From: a virus
Lineage: Duplodnaviria; Caudoviricetes
Direction: 5' to 3' (one strand)
Length of the DNA stretch: 25,763 nucleotides
Virus record (IMG/VR): IMGVR_UViG_3300046779_001039
Span: 1 to 25,763 of that record
Part shown: positions 24,805-25,763 of the stretch, one piece after another
Numbering within the stretch: the first letter of the stretch is position 1
Layout: each line of letters opens with the position of its first letter
The notes under the pieces: generated by a model
The model's database searches: none
Seen by the model: the letters and a program-made list of their open reading frames with translations, nothing else
Told to the model about the DNA's origin: nothing
Made by a program: the position numbers and the translations under genes

Positions 24805-25242
24805 ATGAAAATAAACGAACTATTCAGCAAAGAGTATCCTATTACGTGGAAACGTAACAGGGCATATTTTAAAACAGCAAACGGGCGACCTGGAGTTGTA
24901 ATGTTTGATTCTGACGAACCGGCCGAAGGCGATTACTCATTAGTTGACATTGAGTTTAGCATACAGGATGAATTTGGAGTAACTGGACAGGGAGATGCTA
25001 GTTCGATTTTTGCCACTGTTTTTACTGCAATCAGAGAATACATTGCAAACAATAGCCCAGACTTTATAACCTTTGATGCTAAAGAACCTAGCAGACAAAA
25101 ACTATATAATCGCATGGTAACTAGACTACCTGGCTATCAATTAGTAAAAGCAGACCCGTATAGAATTCCAGTACAATTGCCTATGCACTTTGATGAAACT
25201 AGTTTCATGTTAGTTAAGAACAGTATTGCAAGTAGTTTATGA
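24805..25242 (+). CDS. phage hypothetical protein
   Basis: 145-aa ORF; TGQGDA..IFATV...I.F.AKEPSR.KLY.RM pattern; ATGA overlap with the next gene. Confidence 0.75.
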   Translation: MKINELFSKEYPITWKRNRAYFKTANGRPGVVMFDSDEPAEGDYSLVDIEFSIQDEFGVTGQGDASSIFATVFTAIREYIANNSPDFITFDAKEPSRQKLYNRMVTRLPGYQLVKADPYRIPVQLPMHFDETSFMLVKNSIASSL

Positions 25243-25763
25243 TTAAGAAAATCCTTCTAAGCCCATGGACTGCTCTAGCAACCTTAGCGTTGGTAGTGGG
25301 CGTAAGAGTTGCAGATCCCACGTTTATTGAAAGCGTAAGATTACGCTATTTTGACACATTAATTACAGCCAAAGAACCTACGTATAATAACATTGTAACT
25401 GTAAATATTGATGAGCCTAGTTTAAACAAATATGGACAGTGGCCATTACCAAGGGCAAAGTACAGTGAAATTATACGAGATTTATATCAGAGGGGAGCAG
25501 GCCTTGTTGTACTTAACGTACTCATGCCAGAACCAGACCGTACTGGTGGCGACAACAGCCTGGGTCAAACTTTAAAAGAGTTTCCTGTTGTTTTAAGTTC
25601 AACGCCTTCGCAGCAAACTAAAAACTCTCCGCGTGTTCCTGGATCAGCAGTACTAGGTCCTGAACACTTAGATCAGATTATTCAATATCCGGGTCTAATT
25701 GCCAATATTCCTGTGCTAGAAAATTCAGCAGCAGGTGTTGGTATTACAAATACACTTCCAGAA
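25239..25763 (+). CDS. CHASE2-domain membrane sensor, 5' part only (often fused to an adenylate/guanylate cyclase)
   Basis: Absent from the ORF track because it has no stop in the window. Manual translation: MIKKILLSPWTALATLALVVGVRVADP...RLRYFD...IVTVNIDEPSLNKYGQWPLPRAKYSEIIRDLYQRGAGLVVLNVLMPEPDR. Confidence 0.88.
   Translation, partial: MIKKILLSPWTALATLALVVGVRVADPTFIESVRLRYFDTLITAKEPTYNNIVTVNIDEPSLNKYGQWPLPRAKYSEIIRDLYQRGAGLVVLNVLMPEPDRTGGDNSLGQTLKEFPVVLSSTPSQQTKNSPRVPGSAVLGPEHLDQIIQYPGLIANIPVLENSAAGVGITNTLPE

Noticed and set aside
24683-24825. Short open frame on the minus strand in the curlin-to-hypothetical gap
   Set aside because: No ATG/GTG/TTG start after the upstream in-frame stop.
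65-25115. All minus-strand ORFs and short alternative-frame plus ORFs in the track
   Set aside because: They lie antisense to or inside well-supported genes, have no recognisable motifs, and are expected shadows of codon bias.
39-25242. Possible TAG stop-codon reassignment (no called gene ends in TAG)
   Set aside because: Genes are full length under the standard code with no in-frame TAG interruptions. Avoidance of TAG alone does not show recoding.
1-25763. Bacterial chromosome origin (dnaK, rpsU, clpS, csgG)
   Set aside because: These genes are interspersed with tail-spike, PAAR and phage hypothetical genes and TAAATA late motifs, and lack their usual bacterial neighbours (dnaJ/grpE, dnaG, clpA, csgDE).

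Overview
A 25.8-kb, densely coded, all-plus-strand segment of a large tailed dsDNA phage (T4-like/jumbo myovirus character). The host is probably a betaproteobacterium, judging from its DnaK and bS21. Gene order: PD-(D/E)XK exonuclease, tail-spike-like protein, class Ia ribonucleotide reductase (nrdA, nrdB, glutaredoxin) with an inserted class II aldolase, PAAR-like protein, HAD phosphatase, Ig/fibrinogen-like virion protein, Hc1-like protein, SleB-type cell-wall hydrolase with a 3-TM partner, a membrane coiled-coil protein, bS21, DEDD exonuclease, HD phosphohydrolase, dnaK-hsp20-clpS, heme oxygenase plus a PcyX-type bilin reductase, and a curli-like cluster (CsgF-like, CsgG, two curlin-repeat proteins) interleaved with a FecR-domain protein and a CHASE2 sensor truncated at the window end. 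Main highlights: (1) the curli/FecR/CHASE2 cluster as a candidate phage trans-envelope signalling system; (2) an A_AAA_AAG -1 frameshift site joining two ORFs; (3) twin ROSE-like RNA thermometers before dnaK and hsp20; (4) repeated hairpins that bury the Shine-Dalgarno (SD) and contain a TAAATA late-promoter motif; (5) apparently leaderless genes. All family calls come from motif recognition by eye; no searches or folding programs were run.
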